Assembly (NCBI GenBank): GCA_013202715.1
Contig: JABMRF010000007.1
Span: 72,566 to 136,565, forward strand
Length of the DNA stretch: 64,000 nt
Direction: 5' to 3'
Source: Candidatus Kuenenbacteria bacterium
GTDB taxonomy: Bacteria; Patescibacteriota; Patescibacteriia; UBA11705; JABHMO01
The position numbers and the translations under genes are program-made. Position 1 is the first letter of the stretch. Every line of letters starts with the position of its first letter. The notes beneath the pieces were generated by a model, which was not told the DNA's origin, ran no database searches, and saw nothing but the letters and a program-made list of their open reading frames with translations. Shown one piece after another: positions 30,200-40,600 of this stretch.

Positions 30200-31024
30200 A
30201 TGTCTAAGATTAGTTCAAAGTATCAACACGATTACAAAAACATGGATTACAAAAATCCACGTCTGATTCGTGATAAAGAAAAGACTAAGAAAAGATTTAT
30301 GTCTTTTGTGTTTTGGTTGATTGGAATTGCTTTTTGTGGTGCGGTTTATGGTTTATTGTTTTCTCCTTTTTTTTATATTCAAAACATTCAAGTTAACGGT
30401 TTAGAAAAAGTTAAGCCGGAAAATATAAATAAAATTATAGATGAATACCGATTTAGTAAAAAATATTTTGTGTTTTCTAAGAATAATTTTTGGTTGTTTA
30501 ATAAAAATAATTTACAAGGAAAAGTTTTTGAGCATTATTATTTTGAAGAGTTCAAAATAAAAAAGAGATTGCCAAACAGAATCGAAATCAATTTAAAAGA
30601 AAAAGAATCTGCCATAAATTGGCTGACAAACAATTTGTGTTACCATCTGGATTTGACCGCCATGGCCATTGAATACTGTGAAGGCGGGAATGGTTTATTG
30701 ACTATTAAAGATTTAAGAAATGAAGAATTAAAAGTAGGGGACAGTCCTCTTGAAAAATCAGAATTGAAGTATATCGTTGAATTGAATAATCAAGTTAAAA
30801 ATATCGCCCTGGACAAGCTGCAATTAATAAATATTGAAAAAGATGACAATTTGCTTGACTTTACGACAGAGCAGGGGATTATGATTCGACTTAATTCCGA
30901 TTTAACTATTGGTGAGCAGATTGCGCGGCTGGATACTTTGCTCAATCAGCAGGAAATAAAAGACAATTTTGAAAACTTGAAATATATTGATTTGAGGTTT
31001 GGTGAAAAGGTTTATTGGAAGTAA
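30200..31024 (+). CDS. FtsQ/DivIB-like POTRA-domain protein
   Basis: Single TM, SPFFYIQNIQVNG, KKRLPNRIEINLKEK, C-terminal YIDLRFGEKVY. Confidence 0.8.
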   Translation: MSKISSKYQHDYKNMDYKNPRLIRDKEKTKKRFMSFVFWLIGIAFCGAVYGLLFSPFFYIQNIQVNGLEKVKPENINKIIDEYRFSKKYFVFSKNNFWLFNKNNLQGKVFEHYYFEEFKIKKRLPNRIEINLKEKESAINWLTNNLCYHLDLTAMAIEYCEGGNGLLTIKDLRNEELKVGDSPLEKSELKYIVELNNQVKNIALDKLQLINIEKDDNLLDFTTEQGIMIRLNSDLTIGEQIARLDTLLNQQEIKDNFENLKYIDLRFGEKVYWK

Positions 31025-31123
31025 ATTTTAGAAGGTCTTGACGGTCAAGTTAGTTTTTTCTAATCTCGTAAATCCAATAAAAAAGAGTCCAGTTCATTGA
31101 ACCGGATTCTTTTTGAGGTTTAT

Positions 31124-31639
31124 CTATTGTGCTGTAATACCATATAATTTGCAATTCACAGCTGCGCCATTACAGCGAACAATCTTTTTTGGATAAACTC
31201 GACGAAGGGTACCCTTGACGAACATCAGATGCGACCGAATCACTTCTGTTTCAAGGCTGAGCATAACATCATCTCTCCAAGTATAGGCTTCAAATGAACG
31301 ATCAGCCCATACTTCTCCTTTTTCAATGCACACCTTCACGGAAAAGCCCGCGCCAAAACCCTCGAAATACAGACAGTCATCAAGTGTCTCACTGGGGAAA
31401 ATCAGGCGTGCTGTCTTCTGCATCTCAGGGCCAGATACATGGTTGCCAGCATCTGGTACGTAGACCAGCTGGACGTCACGTAGATCTGCACTGTCCGGCT
31501 TGTCTGGCCAAGCCACAAAAAAACCGGGCTCTGTTTCCTTCTTGGTTTCAGTCTTGTCCTTGGCTACAGTCAGGGTTGTACCACCAAGCACCATCACCAA
31601 AGACAAAATTACCACCAAACAAGCTCTCAGACTCTTCAT
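31124..31639 (-). CDS. secreted orphan protein (cassette J)
   Basis: Signal peptide; AAGGAGGT SD; promoter TTGACA(31707-12)-17-TATACT; terminator 31078-31114. Confidence 0.7.
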   Translation of the reverse strand: MKSLRACLVVILSLVMVLGGTTLTVAKDKTETKKETEPGFFVAWPDKPDSADLRDVQLVYVPDAGNHVSGPEMQKTARLIFPSETLDDCLYFEGFGAGFSVKVCIEKGEVWADRSFEAYTWRDDVMLSLETEVIRSHLMFVKGTLRRVYPKKIVRCNGAAVNCKLYGITAQ

Positions 31640-31795
31640 GCATACCTCCTTTGCAAATATAGACACCAAAACCATTTCGCATAAGTATAGCATTATAATA
31701 ATATCCTGTCAATAGCATTTTTTTTGCCCTTGACATATTTAAATTAATTTGCTATAATATTTTGTGACCTTGATTTAAATCAAAAGGAGTACAAC

Positions 31796-32221
31796 ATGGG
31801 TCAATTTGACGAGTCAAGGACTGTTGACAAGATGGGTTTGGTTCGGAAGCTGGAAAGTGAACTTGGCTACCTTGAGGCACAGTACGGTTTTGTGATCGGA
31901 AGATCACTTGAATTCGTTTCACTGGCTGGCGCTCTCCTGGAAATGCGCAAGCGCGCACGAGAAGCGAACAAGAGGCGGGTTTTGTATTGGCGGAAAAAGG
32001 ACGTAGAGGCTTTCCTAAAGAATAGGGAAGTTGGAATCAAAATTTACTGTGTTTGTTTGGGCAGTGATTTTCGTATGCCAATGTATACAGATCCAGAAGA
32101 GATTGCCAACGCGGTCGGATATCTCAAACGCGAACTGCACATGGACGGCTTTCTTGTTGATTGGACAGGTGATACCAACGACCCAATCATGGTCAGGGAT
32201 AATGAGTATATTGAAGAATAG
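31796..32221 (+). CDS. orphan hypothetical protein (cassette K)
   Basis: Consensus promoter TTGACA(31730)-17-TATAAT(31753); AAGGAG SD; terminator 32241-32277. Confidence 0.7.
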   Translation: MGQFDESRTVDKMGLVRKLESELGYLEAQYGFVIGRSLEFVSLAGALLEMRKRAREANKRRVLYWRKKDVEAFLKNREVGIKIYCVCLGSDFRMPMYTDPEEIANAVGYLKRELHMDGFLVDWTGDTNDPIMVRDNEYIEE

Positions 32222-32363
32222 GTTAGATAGACAGTACAATGAGCTGAGCATTCAGAATGCCCAGTTCTTTTTATTTATAAAATATTGTTGACAGTATCCG
32301 TAAATTTATATAAGCTTAAACAATGAGTCAGTGATAGTTCCTTGACAAAAAGGGGGAGTGGAG

Positions 32364-33422
32364 ATGTTAGAAGTAGACGTAGCTAGAAATGTTAAGACGG
32401 TTAAACCGCCAGTTATTGGACTGGACATTGGCACATCAAGTGTAAAACTGGTTGAGTTACAGTCAGTTGACGATGGGTTGAAGTTGAAAATTTTTGATTA
32501 TGTTCCTTTAGACCCTGGTGTAATTGTAGATGGAAAAATCATTAATGCTGAGAATGTGGCAGTTCCAATCAATTTAATGGTTGTACGCCATAATCTTCAT
32601 GGTCGAAAAGCAGTGATAAGCGTTGGTGGATTAAGTGTTATCCATAAATTGATCAATCTGCCGGAAATGAGTCAAGCAGATTTAAATGCTTTAATGGACG
32701 CGGAAGCTGAAATTTACATCCCATTTGATATTGCAGATGTATATGTTGATTCAGTAATTATAGGATCTGATACCTCTGGTCATATGAAAGTCCTCTTGAC
32801 CGCTGCCAAAAGGGAACTGGTGGATAAATACCTGAACGTTGTGATTGCGGCTGGCCTGGATCCAATTTATATTGATTCAGACATGTATGCCATGTTCAAC
32901 GTGTTTGCTACCACATCTGAGTACTCGACTGACGATAAGGTTATTTTGCTGGATATTGGTGACTCGATGATGCGAGTCGTGGCCGTTAAAAACGGTGTGA
33001 TTGAGTTCATGCGTGAGATTCCTTTAGGGGGCGCTTTGCTAACTGAAGAAATTGCTCGAGAGCGGGGAATCAGTTGGCTAAAGGCTGAACAAATAAAATT
33101 GGAGACGAGCTCTTTCCCAGATGCGCTAGATTTACAAAAGGTGTATAACCGTGTAGTTGGATCTCTAGTTGAGGAAATTAATCGCGCAGTGGACTTTTAC
33201 ACTGCAGTCACAGTTGATGGTGGCCCGAGTAAAGTATTTGCTTTTGGCGGTGGAGCAAAAACTCCAACCTTACGAGAAAAGCTCGCAGAAAAATTGGGCA
33301 TCCCAGTTGAGCTTGGTCAACCATTACAAAGCATCAGAATCGACACAAGTTGGGCTAAGTCGCTCGAGGAGAGACAGGCTGATTTGGCTGTAGTTATTGG
33401 CCTGGCCATGCGCCAAGAGTAG
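32364..33422 (+). CDS. pilM: type IV pilus assembly protein PilM, copy 1 (cassette L)
   Basis: GLDIGTSSVKLVEL, EAEIYIPFDI, VLLTAAKRE, IGLAMR; no pilNOPQ nearby. Confidence 0.88.
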   Translation: MLEVDVARNVKTVKPPVIGLDIGTSSVKLVELQSVDDGLKLKIFDYVPLDPGVIVDGKIINAENVAVPINLMVVRHNLHGRKAVISVGGLSVIHKLINLPEMSQADLNALMDAEAEIYIPFDIADVYVDSVIIGSDTSGHMKVLLTAAKRELVDKYLNVVIAAGLDPIYIDSDMYAMFNVFATTSEYSTDDKVILLDIGDSMMRVVAVKNGVIEFMREIPLGGALLTEEIARERGISWLKAEQIKLETSSFPDALDLQKVYNRVVGSLVEEINRAVDFYTAVTVDGGPSKVFAFGGGAKTPTLREKLAEKLGIPVELGQPLQSIRIDTSWAKSLEERQADLAVVIGLAMRQE

Positions 33423-33553
33423 GTGAGTGACATAACCGTGTATCAGGGATATACGGTTTTTTATTTATAAAATATTATTGACAATTTTCGTAAATTTATA
33501 TAAGATTAAACAGTCAGTCAGTGGTAGTTCCTTGACAAAAAGGGGGAGTGGAG

Positions 33554-34795
33554 ATGTTAAAAACCAATCTGATTAACAGACGGGAAGAAAAAAACAAAAG
33601 TAGAACTTCTCGTAGATGGCATGAATCAAAAGCTGGTTTTGAGTTAGGTCTCATTATTGGTAAATGGCAGCCAAGAATTACATTCTGCAATCAAGGTTTT
33701 CCAGGTCTGTCGCGTATGACGCAATACATTACTCAATTACTCAAATTTCCTGCTCGACCACTTATCGGGATTGATATTGGTTCGTCGAGCATTAAACTTG
33801 TTGAATTAAAACAAGTCATGGGGAAAATGATCCTGAAGAAGTGTGATTGGATTTCTTTGGAAAGCGGAACTATTGTTGATGGCGCTGTGATGTATATTGA
33901 GATACTTCAAGATGCTATTGATGAACTTGTTGCACGTAATAATATCAAAGGTAGGCGAGTGGCCATTAGTGTTAGTGGAAACAGTGTTATTATAAAACGA
34001 ATTTGTCTGCCTGAAATGAACCAAGCTGAGCTCGAAAGTAGTATCATGTGGGAAGCTGAACAGTATATTCCATTTGATATTTCAGAATGCTACGTTGACG
34101 CTGTTATTACACAGCCGGACGTAGGTCAAGATCAAATGGCTGTACTTTTGTCAGCCGCCAAAAAAGTTGAGATTGATAATTATCTGGAGATTTTGAAGAA
34201 AGCAGGTCTTAAGCCAGTAGTTGTTGATATTGATACTTATACTTTGTTTAATCTATTTACCAATTCAGCTAACTATTCGGAAGATGAGACAGTGGTGCTT
34301 TTGAACGTTGGCAATTCTATGATGAATGTCATGGTTATTGAAAAGGGTCAGCTTGTTTTTACACGTGATATTACTGCTCTAGCTGGTAGTTTGTTGACTG
34401 AAGAAATCTCGCGTAAGTTTGCCCTGACCTATCAAGAGTCTGAGAGTTATAAAACCGGAGATTCAGAATCAGTTTTGTCGATTGGAGTTCAAAAAGAAAT
34501 TGATGGTCTGTCTGGGCGGGTAGCTTCAACTTTGACTACAGAAGTTCATCGGGCAATTGAATTTCACAAAGCGGTCTCAATTGGAGATAAAATTACAAAA
34601 GCCTATCTTTATGGTGGTGGATCAAACATGACCACTCTGAGAGAACAGATTGCTCAAAGACTGAAAATACCAGTTGAACTTGGTCAACCAATACAAGGAA
34701 TCGAAATTACTCATGGTCTTGCAAATAAAGAAATCGTAAAAGCCAAAGCCATTGAGTTTGGCGTAGCTATTGGCCTGGCCATGCGCAAAGGGTAG
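33554..34795 (+). CDS. pilM: type IV pilus assembly protein PilM, copy 2, with N-terminal extension (cassette M)
   Basis: GIDIGSSSIKLVEL, SIMWEAEQYIPFDI, VLLSAAKK, IGLAMR. Confidence 0.88.
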   Translation: MLKTNLINRREEKNKSRTSRRWHESKAGFELGLIIGKWQPRITFCNQGFPGLSRMTQYITQLLKFPARPLIGIDIGSSSIKLVELKQVMGKMILKKCDWISLESGTIVDGAVMYIEILQDAIDELVARNNIKGRRVAISVSGNSVIIKRICLPEMNQAELESSIMWEAEQYIPFDISECYVDAVITQPDVGQDQMAVLLSAAKKVEIDNYLEILKKAGLKPVVVDIDTYTLFNLFTNSANYSEDETVVLLNVGNSMMNVMVIEKGQLVFTRDITALAGSLLTEEISRKFALTYQESESYKTGDSESVLSIGVQKEIDGLSGRVASTLTTEVHRAIEFHKAVSIGDKITKAYLYGGGSNMTTLREQIAQRLKIPVELGQPIQGIEITHGLANKEIVKAKAIEFGVAIGLAMRKG

Positions 34796-34910
34796 GGAAG
34801 TGATATAACCGTGTATCAAGGATATGCGGTTTTTTTATTTATCCTATTGTAATATAATTTGATATGTGATTATATAAATACAGGCCACAATTTGAAAAGG
34901 AGCGTATAAG

Positions 34911-35390
34911 ATGTATCCCTTTGATCTCGAACTTTTAATCACTCTTTTGTGCAACTCTAAATTTTGGTGCGACAGACTTACGGATATCAACCTCGATAGA
35001 GTGTTTCCCGACTGGAACTTCATGGGAAGTGGGGGAGGGGCACATCCGATTGGCACAATCGACAACCACTGGAACTATGACGTAGTTGGATTTGAGAGAT
35101 GGAGACTGATCGTCTTTTGTCTCAAGTTCATCGCCCAGGGTGAGACACTTCAGCTCCCATACGAGCTTCTCCCACTGTGGTACCCAGATCGACCGGTACC
35201 CATCTGGAAAGTCCACCCAGACGGCCAGATCTCTATCCGTGGGCCACTGCCACCGTTACACGATCTGCAGCTTACCCTGGAGCCCTTTCAACTGAACCCG
35301 AAGTTGGGTATCTGTATATCCAACAGAGCGAAGTTTCTCCTCATCGAGGAAAGAATAGCCGCTCCTAGTGAATTTCCACTCTCTCTATGA
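34911..35390 (+). CDS. orphan hypothetical protein (cassette N), possibly frameshifted near the 3' end
   Basis: AAGGAG SD; higher GC; 31-codon ORF 35387-35482 follows before terminator 35490-35525. Confidence 0.6.
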   Translation: MYPFDLELLITLLCNSKFWCDRLTDINLDRVFPDWNFMGSGGGAHPIGTIDNHWNYDVVGFERWRLIVFCLKFIAQGETLQLPYELLPLWYPDRPVPIWKVHPDGQISIRGPLPPLHDLQLTLEPFQLNPKLGICISNRAKFLLIEERIAAPSEFPLSL

Positions 35391-36036
35391 AAGTGGCGAA
35401 AGAATCATCAGAACTGCTGGCGGAGCAGGGGATTGACTGGAAAACGCCCAGCGAGATGAATCCGGAAAGTCTTTTCGACTAGACAAACGTATCGAGGCAA
35501 TCTTGTTGCCTCGATTTTTTATTTGCTTAATTTTCCACCCTCTTGAAATATTTTACGACACTTAACTTTTTGGAAATAAAAAAAAGAGAGTGGAGTAAAA
35601 AGTTAAGAAAAAGATAAAAAACACAAAAAAGGGGGGCAATAGAGAAGTTCAAAAAAATCTTTAAAAACCGTATATGGTTTTTAAATTTTAAATTTAAAAT
35701 TTTAAAAATTATTTTAAATATAAGAATGTAAATATATTTATTATAGATATAAATAGCCTGAGTCAATGATTGTCTAAAATTAGCACTAAATTGGTCATTA
35801 TAAAGGATCCAACAAAGCCCATATTACCCTATTTTGAAGGTTTGTTAAGGCTAATGTATTGCCTAAATTTAGCCAAAAAACAAGCCTCAAAACTGCGCTG
35901 TAAAGCGCCCAAATATCCTTTGAATACCATGGCACCTGTGAACTCTTGTTTTTTATCTAAATTTAGTACAAATTAACTCAATTTCCGCCATAGGCGGATC
36001 AGCCTTTGGCTGAAACTTAATCAACTGAGCCCTTAC

Positions 36037-36045
36037 TTATCCACA
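36037..36045 (+). promoter_or_regulatory. DnaA-box consensus
   Basis: TTATCCACA exact match; second copy at 37140-37148 on the other side of the xer gene. Confidence 0.45.
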
Positions 36046-36104
36046 GATGAATAGGTATAGTGCTTGGAGCTAGAATTCAACTGTATTACAATATAAATAG
36101 GTTA

Positions 36105-36132
36105 GCGTCTATAAATTAGTATTATGCGACAC
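36105..36132. other. candidate dif-like Xer recombination site
   Basis: 11-6-11 layout GCGTCTATAAA-TTAGTA-TTATGCGACAC; right arm reverse complement GTGTCGCATAA resembles the E. coli XerC arm GGTGCGCATAA; 50 bp upstream of xer. Confidence 0.5.
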
Positions 36133-36182
36133 GGGCATACTTAATTTCTAATTAATCTAATTGCACTAATTTCTAATTTTCT

Positions 36183-37133
36183 ATGACTATCATAAAACTG
36201 ATCACCCACTTCCTCGATTATACTGACGTGGAAAAAGGATTGTCAAAAAAAACTCAGGAAAATTATGCCAGATGCCTGGAACGATTTAGGCGTTGGTTGG
36301 TTGACAGCAACATGCAAAATCTCCTCCCCCATGAGCTAACTAGCGAAATTGTTTGGCAATATAGACTTTTTTTGTCACGCAAAGCGATCTCAAAAAAAAC
36401 CAAAGCTGAACTGTCAAAAAAAACCCAAAATATGTATTTGATCGCACTCCGTGGGCTTCTCAGTTATTTCTCAGTGCGCGATATCCCTTCCCTCTCCCCT
36501 GACAAAATACGCCTTGCAAAACAAGAAAAAAATCATAGTGTACACTTTTTGTCTTTGGAAAAAGTCAAAAGATTACTTGATTCTCCGGCGGGAAATGATT
36601 TAACTTCAAAGAGAGATAAGGCAATTTTGGAATCATTGTTTTCTACAGGTTTTCGTGTTTCTGAATTAGTTCAATTGGATCGTGATCATATTAGTGTAAA
36701 AAATACAAATAAAGTGGTGGAGTATAGTGTCACGGGTAAAGGAAATAAAACTCGAACGGTCTATTTTTCTCTGAGAGCTCTCAGTGCAATACAGGCATAT
36801 CTTGGCGCACGCGAGGATATTGACCAGGCCATGTTCATAAATTATTCTCCAACTGCACCTGACGTTGGTTCTCGTCGGCTTACGGCCAGATCCATCGAAC
36901 GTATAGTAAAAAAGTATGTAAAATTAGCTGGTCTTCCCTTGAATACAACTCCTCATACTCTGCGTCATTCGTTTGCAACTGACCTACTAAATCAGGGCGT
37001 TGATATCCGTATGGTCCAGGAGTTCTTAGGTCACGAAGACATTTCAACCACTCAAATTTACACTCATGTTACCAACAAAAATCTTCGTGATATTTATACA
37101 AAATTTCACGGCGGGAAACGGTCTGAAAAGTAG
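36183..37133 (+). CDS. XerC/XerD-family tyrosine recombinase
   Basis: STGFRVSE (R), GKGNKTR (K), HTLRHSFAT (HxxR), LGH, TQIYT (Y). Confidence 0.93.
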   Translation: MTIIKLITHFLDYTDVEKGLSKKTQENYARCLERFRRWLVDSNMQNLLPHELTSEIVWQYRLFLSRKAISKKTKAELSKKTQNMYLIALRGLLSYFSVRDIPSLSPDKIRLAKQEKNHSVHFLSLEKVKRLLDSPAGNDLTSKRDKAILESLFSTGFRVSELVQLDRDHISVKNTNKVVEYSVTGKGNKTRTVYFSLRALSAIQAYLGAREDIDQAMFINYSPTAPDVGSRRLTARSIERIVKKYVKLAGLPLNTTPHTLRHSFATDLLNQGVDIRMVQEFLGHEDISTTQIYTHVTNKNLRDIYTKFHGGKRSEK

Positions 37134-37289
37134 TTATTTTTATCCACAGTTTACTTCAATTTACTATGAAGAGAACGAAAAAAATGGTATAATAAATATG
37201 TGATAAAAACTATGAGCATTTACGTACCGCTCTACAAATTAAGTTTTAAAAAACTTATTAATTTATTTTGATTATTAAGCATATTTTTT

Positions 37290-37538
37290 ATGAAAAAAAT
37301 TTGGCAATTCATAGGAGGACTCTTCATCTTTTTCCGTAAACATACCTGGATCACTCCCCTACTCCTGGTAGGTGTGATAATAATTCAGTTTGTTTTGTTG
37401 GGATTAATTTGTTTTCGGGTAAATAATTTTCAAAGCGATTTTGAAATTTATCGTAATGATAATTCAAAAAGAACAAACCAGATTTATAGTCAGGTTTTTT
37501 TATTGAATCAGCGAGTAGGACAAGTTCTTGAAAAATAG
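37290..37538 (+). CDS. small single-TM protein
   Basis: 82 aa, one hydrophobic segment, AT-rich T-ATG start. Confidence 0.55.
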   Translation: MKKIWQFIGGLFIFFRKHTWITPLLLVGVIIIQFVLLGLICFRVNNFQSDFEIYRNDNSKRTNQIYSQVFLLNQRVGQVLEK

Positions 37539-37669
37539 TAGGTAAACGGAGTACGAATATAAAATTATGATTATGAATCCATACATCCGTATCAATCCGT
37601 AATCCGTACAAAAAAAATAAAAAATTTATATATATAATAAAAAATAAAACTAAATTAAAATTTAAATTT

Positions 37670-40600
37670 ATGAAAAAAATCGCAAAAAACAAAATCTTTA
37701 CAGGGTTCATTGCTATGACAACAATTGTCTGGGCAATGGGTTTGGCTGGAGTTCTTACTCCCCTACTTCCCGCTCAGGCAGCAGTTACGGTTGCAACGGA
37801 AAACAGAATCTATTCGTCCTGGGATATGAGTGGCGGAATGATGAGTGATGTTGCAGCTTTTAAAGTTACTGCTGATTCTGGAGAAACATTGAATTCTATC
37901 AATGTCCGATTTAACAGCACTTATGGTACTGCAACTCCAGCTGCAATGCTTTCGGCTTTTAATGTGGCTGGTCAAGAAGGAGCAACTGACGTCCAAGGAT
38001 TGTCTATTTACAAAGATTCTAATGCAAATGGCTGGTTTGATCCGGGCGGAGGTGATATCGTAGTACCTTGGGAAGTTCAACCAACTTGGACTGATAATGG
38101 AAACGGTACGTTTGATACCTCCCTGAATATTGTTGATGATACTTTACCTACAAGTTATGCCGGTGATTGGAACTATTTTTTACATATGCAAATGGCCGCG
38201 TCCCCTGATGCAGGCAAATCATTTAAGTTTCAATTTGGTGCTGGCGCTGGTGGAGCAATTGTAACTTCTGGAACATCACCAAGTATTACTGCATTTGAAA
38301 CAAATTCAATTAATAGTAGTGGTGGTGGTGGTGGTGATTATACAGTTTCTCCTCGAATTACTGATATATTTTTCAAGAGTCCCACTTCATTAGTCCTAGA
38401 TTTTGATATGGACATGGATACTACTTCAGTAAACTGTAATGAAGTCCTTATTCCGGGTAGTTGTTCCAGTAAATATACTTTGTTTACTAGAGATGGTGCT
38501 GATAATCAAACAATTATTACTGCTGTCCGTGGAGTTGTTGGGGACAATACTATGGTAACTTTGACAGCACACGCTAATGCCAGAATAGGTTTGTCATCAC
38601 AGGATTATTTAGTTGTTAGTACTGATCCAGCACAGGCACCTAGAGATGCAACGAATGGTATGAGTTATAATGAGGACGGAGTGATTAATTTCCATATAAA
38701 CAACGGAAGTGCTGTTATTTCAGAAATTAAAATTGGTGGATCCGCTACCACGGATGAATTTATCGAGTTATATATAACAGATTCCGGTGGATCGGTCGAT
38801 TTGGATGGGTATAAAGTAACAGCATTGGTTTCAAATGTATATGTTACATTGGCAACGTTAGGACCAACCTCTTTAGATACTGGTAAGCATTATTTATTGG
38901 CAAATAAGGCAAATGATTATAATATGGCAGTAGATGGAGTTGCTATGTTGGCCGATTTTAACTTTTCCGGCGTGGACTTAGCAGATAATGATACTATTAT
39001 TTTAGTTGACAACAACGGTGTTGTTATTGATTTGGTTGGCTTTGGTGCAGCTGCCACGATTTATCAGGGTTACTCTCCGGCAGATTCTCCGGCTCCGAAT
39101 GGTTCAATTGAAAGAAAGGCTGTATATTCCTCTACTGGTCAGTCTATGTCAGAAGCAGATGTAGACGGTGGAAATGGTTATAATAGTTTGGATAATGGGT
39201 ATGATTTTGTGAGTAGAAACGTACTTGACTCTGATCCACAACCATCAACAGCCACAGCAGAAAGTTCCGGTATGCTGGAAGATGATTATGTAAATAGCAC
39301 TCCAACAATAGAACATATGCCTATTGCTATGGCAATAGCCGGACAAAGTATAACAATAGATGCCTATATTTACGATGTAGAAAATTCTTTTAATGCATTA
39401 ATAACAAAGCAATTGTGTTACAAAGCTCCAAATGGATCTTGGCCAGGAACTTGTGTGACCGGTACAGACGAAGGACAAAATAGAGTAGAGTTTTATATCC
39501 CAGCTTCAGAAGTCACTATAAGTGGGCTTAATTACTATATTGAAGTTATTGATTCAGGGACTTTTGCGGCTTATGCCTCTTCTAATCCTACGTCCACAAC
39601 CGCTGTCATGGCAAAATTAAGTCCTTTTTTAATAAATATTTCCGCTATTGCTGGCTCCAGGATGATTAGTGGTACAGTTTATCAAAGCGATTGCATAACA
39701 CCAATTTATAATGCGAATGTTTATGTGAAAGGCACAGGACTCAGTTCTATTAGTTCCGCTTCCGGTGTTTTCACAATTACCGGAGTTTCGGACGGAACAT
39801 ACAATTTAGAAGCAACAGCAAGTGGATATCTTTCCAGTGAAATTTGGGGAGCGTCTGTAGGTGTTAATAATCCAAATTCATCGGGCTGGGTATTTTGTCT
39901 ATCGTCAGGAACAGCTGGGCAAGGTGGGGATTCTGAAGCACCGCAGGTGATTATGTCAATGCCAGGTGATGGAATGATGGGAGCTCCAATTGATATAGTT
40001 ATTGATCGCGCTCCGATGTTTTTTATGCTTGATAAGGAAATTGATATGACCACCGTAAGCTGTACAGACTGTGATGCCGCTACAGATAATATTAAGTTGA
40101 AAAAGGTCAGCGGAGGTTCTATTACTAACATTACAGATTACAATGTTAGTTTCGATACTGGTCTGGGTGCAGCCAGTAGAGGGCAAACAGTCCAATTCGG
40201 AGGTAGTACTTCTAATCCTGTAATTGTTATTGATAAAGTTGCACTTTTGGAAATAGGAACAGATTATATAATTGAAATTACACCAGGGGTGAAAGATATG
40301 GCTGGTAATCCTCTTGAGGGAAACCGACCTGGTGGCGGACATACCATATCGTTTACTACTCAATCAACCAGTAATAATTTTAGTGGTAGTTCTGGGTTTG
40401 ACTTTACTGAAGATGAAACTTTTTGGCAAACTGGTGATTTCTCCAGTATGACCGAGGACGCTGGATACGCTACAATGATGGGAAATTTTGATGCAGACAA
40501 GGGTATGTGGGCCGGAGGTGCATATAGCCCTCTGTATGTTTATGGCTCCCAACCATCTCCTGGTAGCTGGAATGTACCTACAAATTTAACAAAAATTGTT

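Noticed and set aside
32364-34795. ftsA copies, given the nearby ftsQ-like gene
   Set aside because: EAEQYIPF and LLxAAKK motifs are PilM-specific; no ftsZ follows
35527-36182. oriC
   Set aside because: Only one perfect DnaA box in the spacer and no dnaA/dnaN nearby; the xer and dif-like context fits a terminus or island better
31078-37133. Integron (tyrosine recombinase next to a run of cassettes)
   Set aside because: The recombinase lacks the IntI-specific insertion; inter-cassette hairpins are ordinary terminators without RYYYAAC/GTTRRRY attC ends; cassettes carry their own promoters and occur throughout the window
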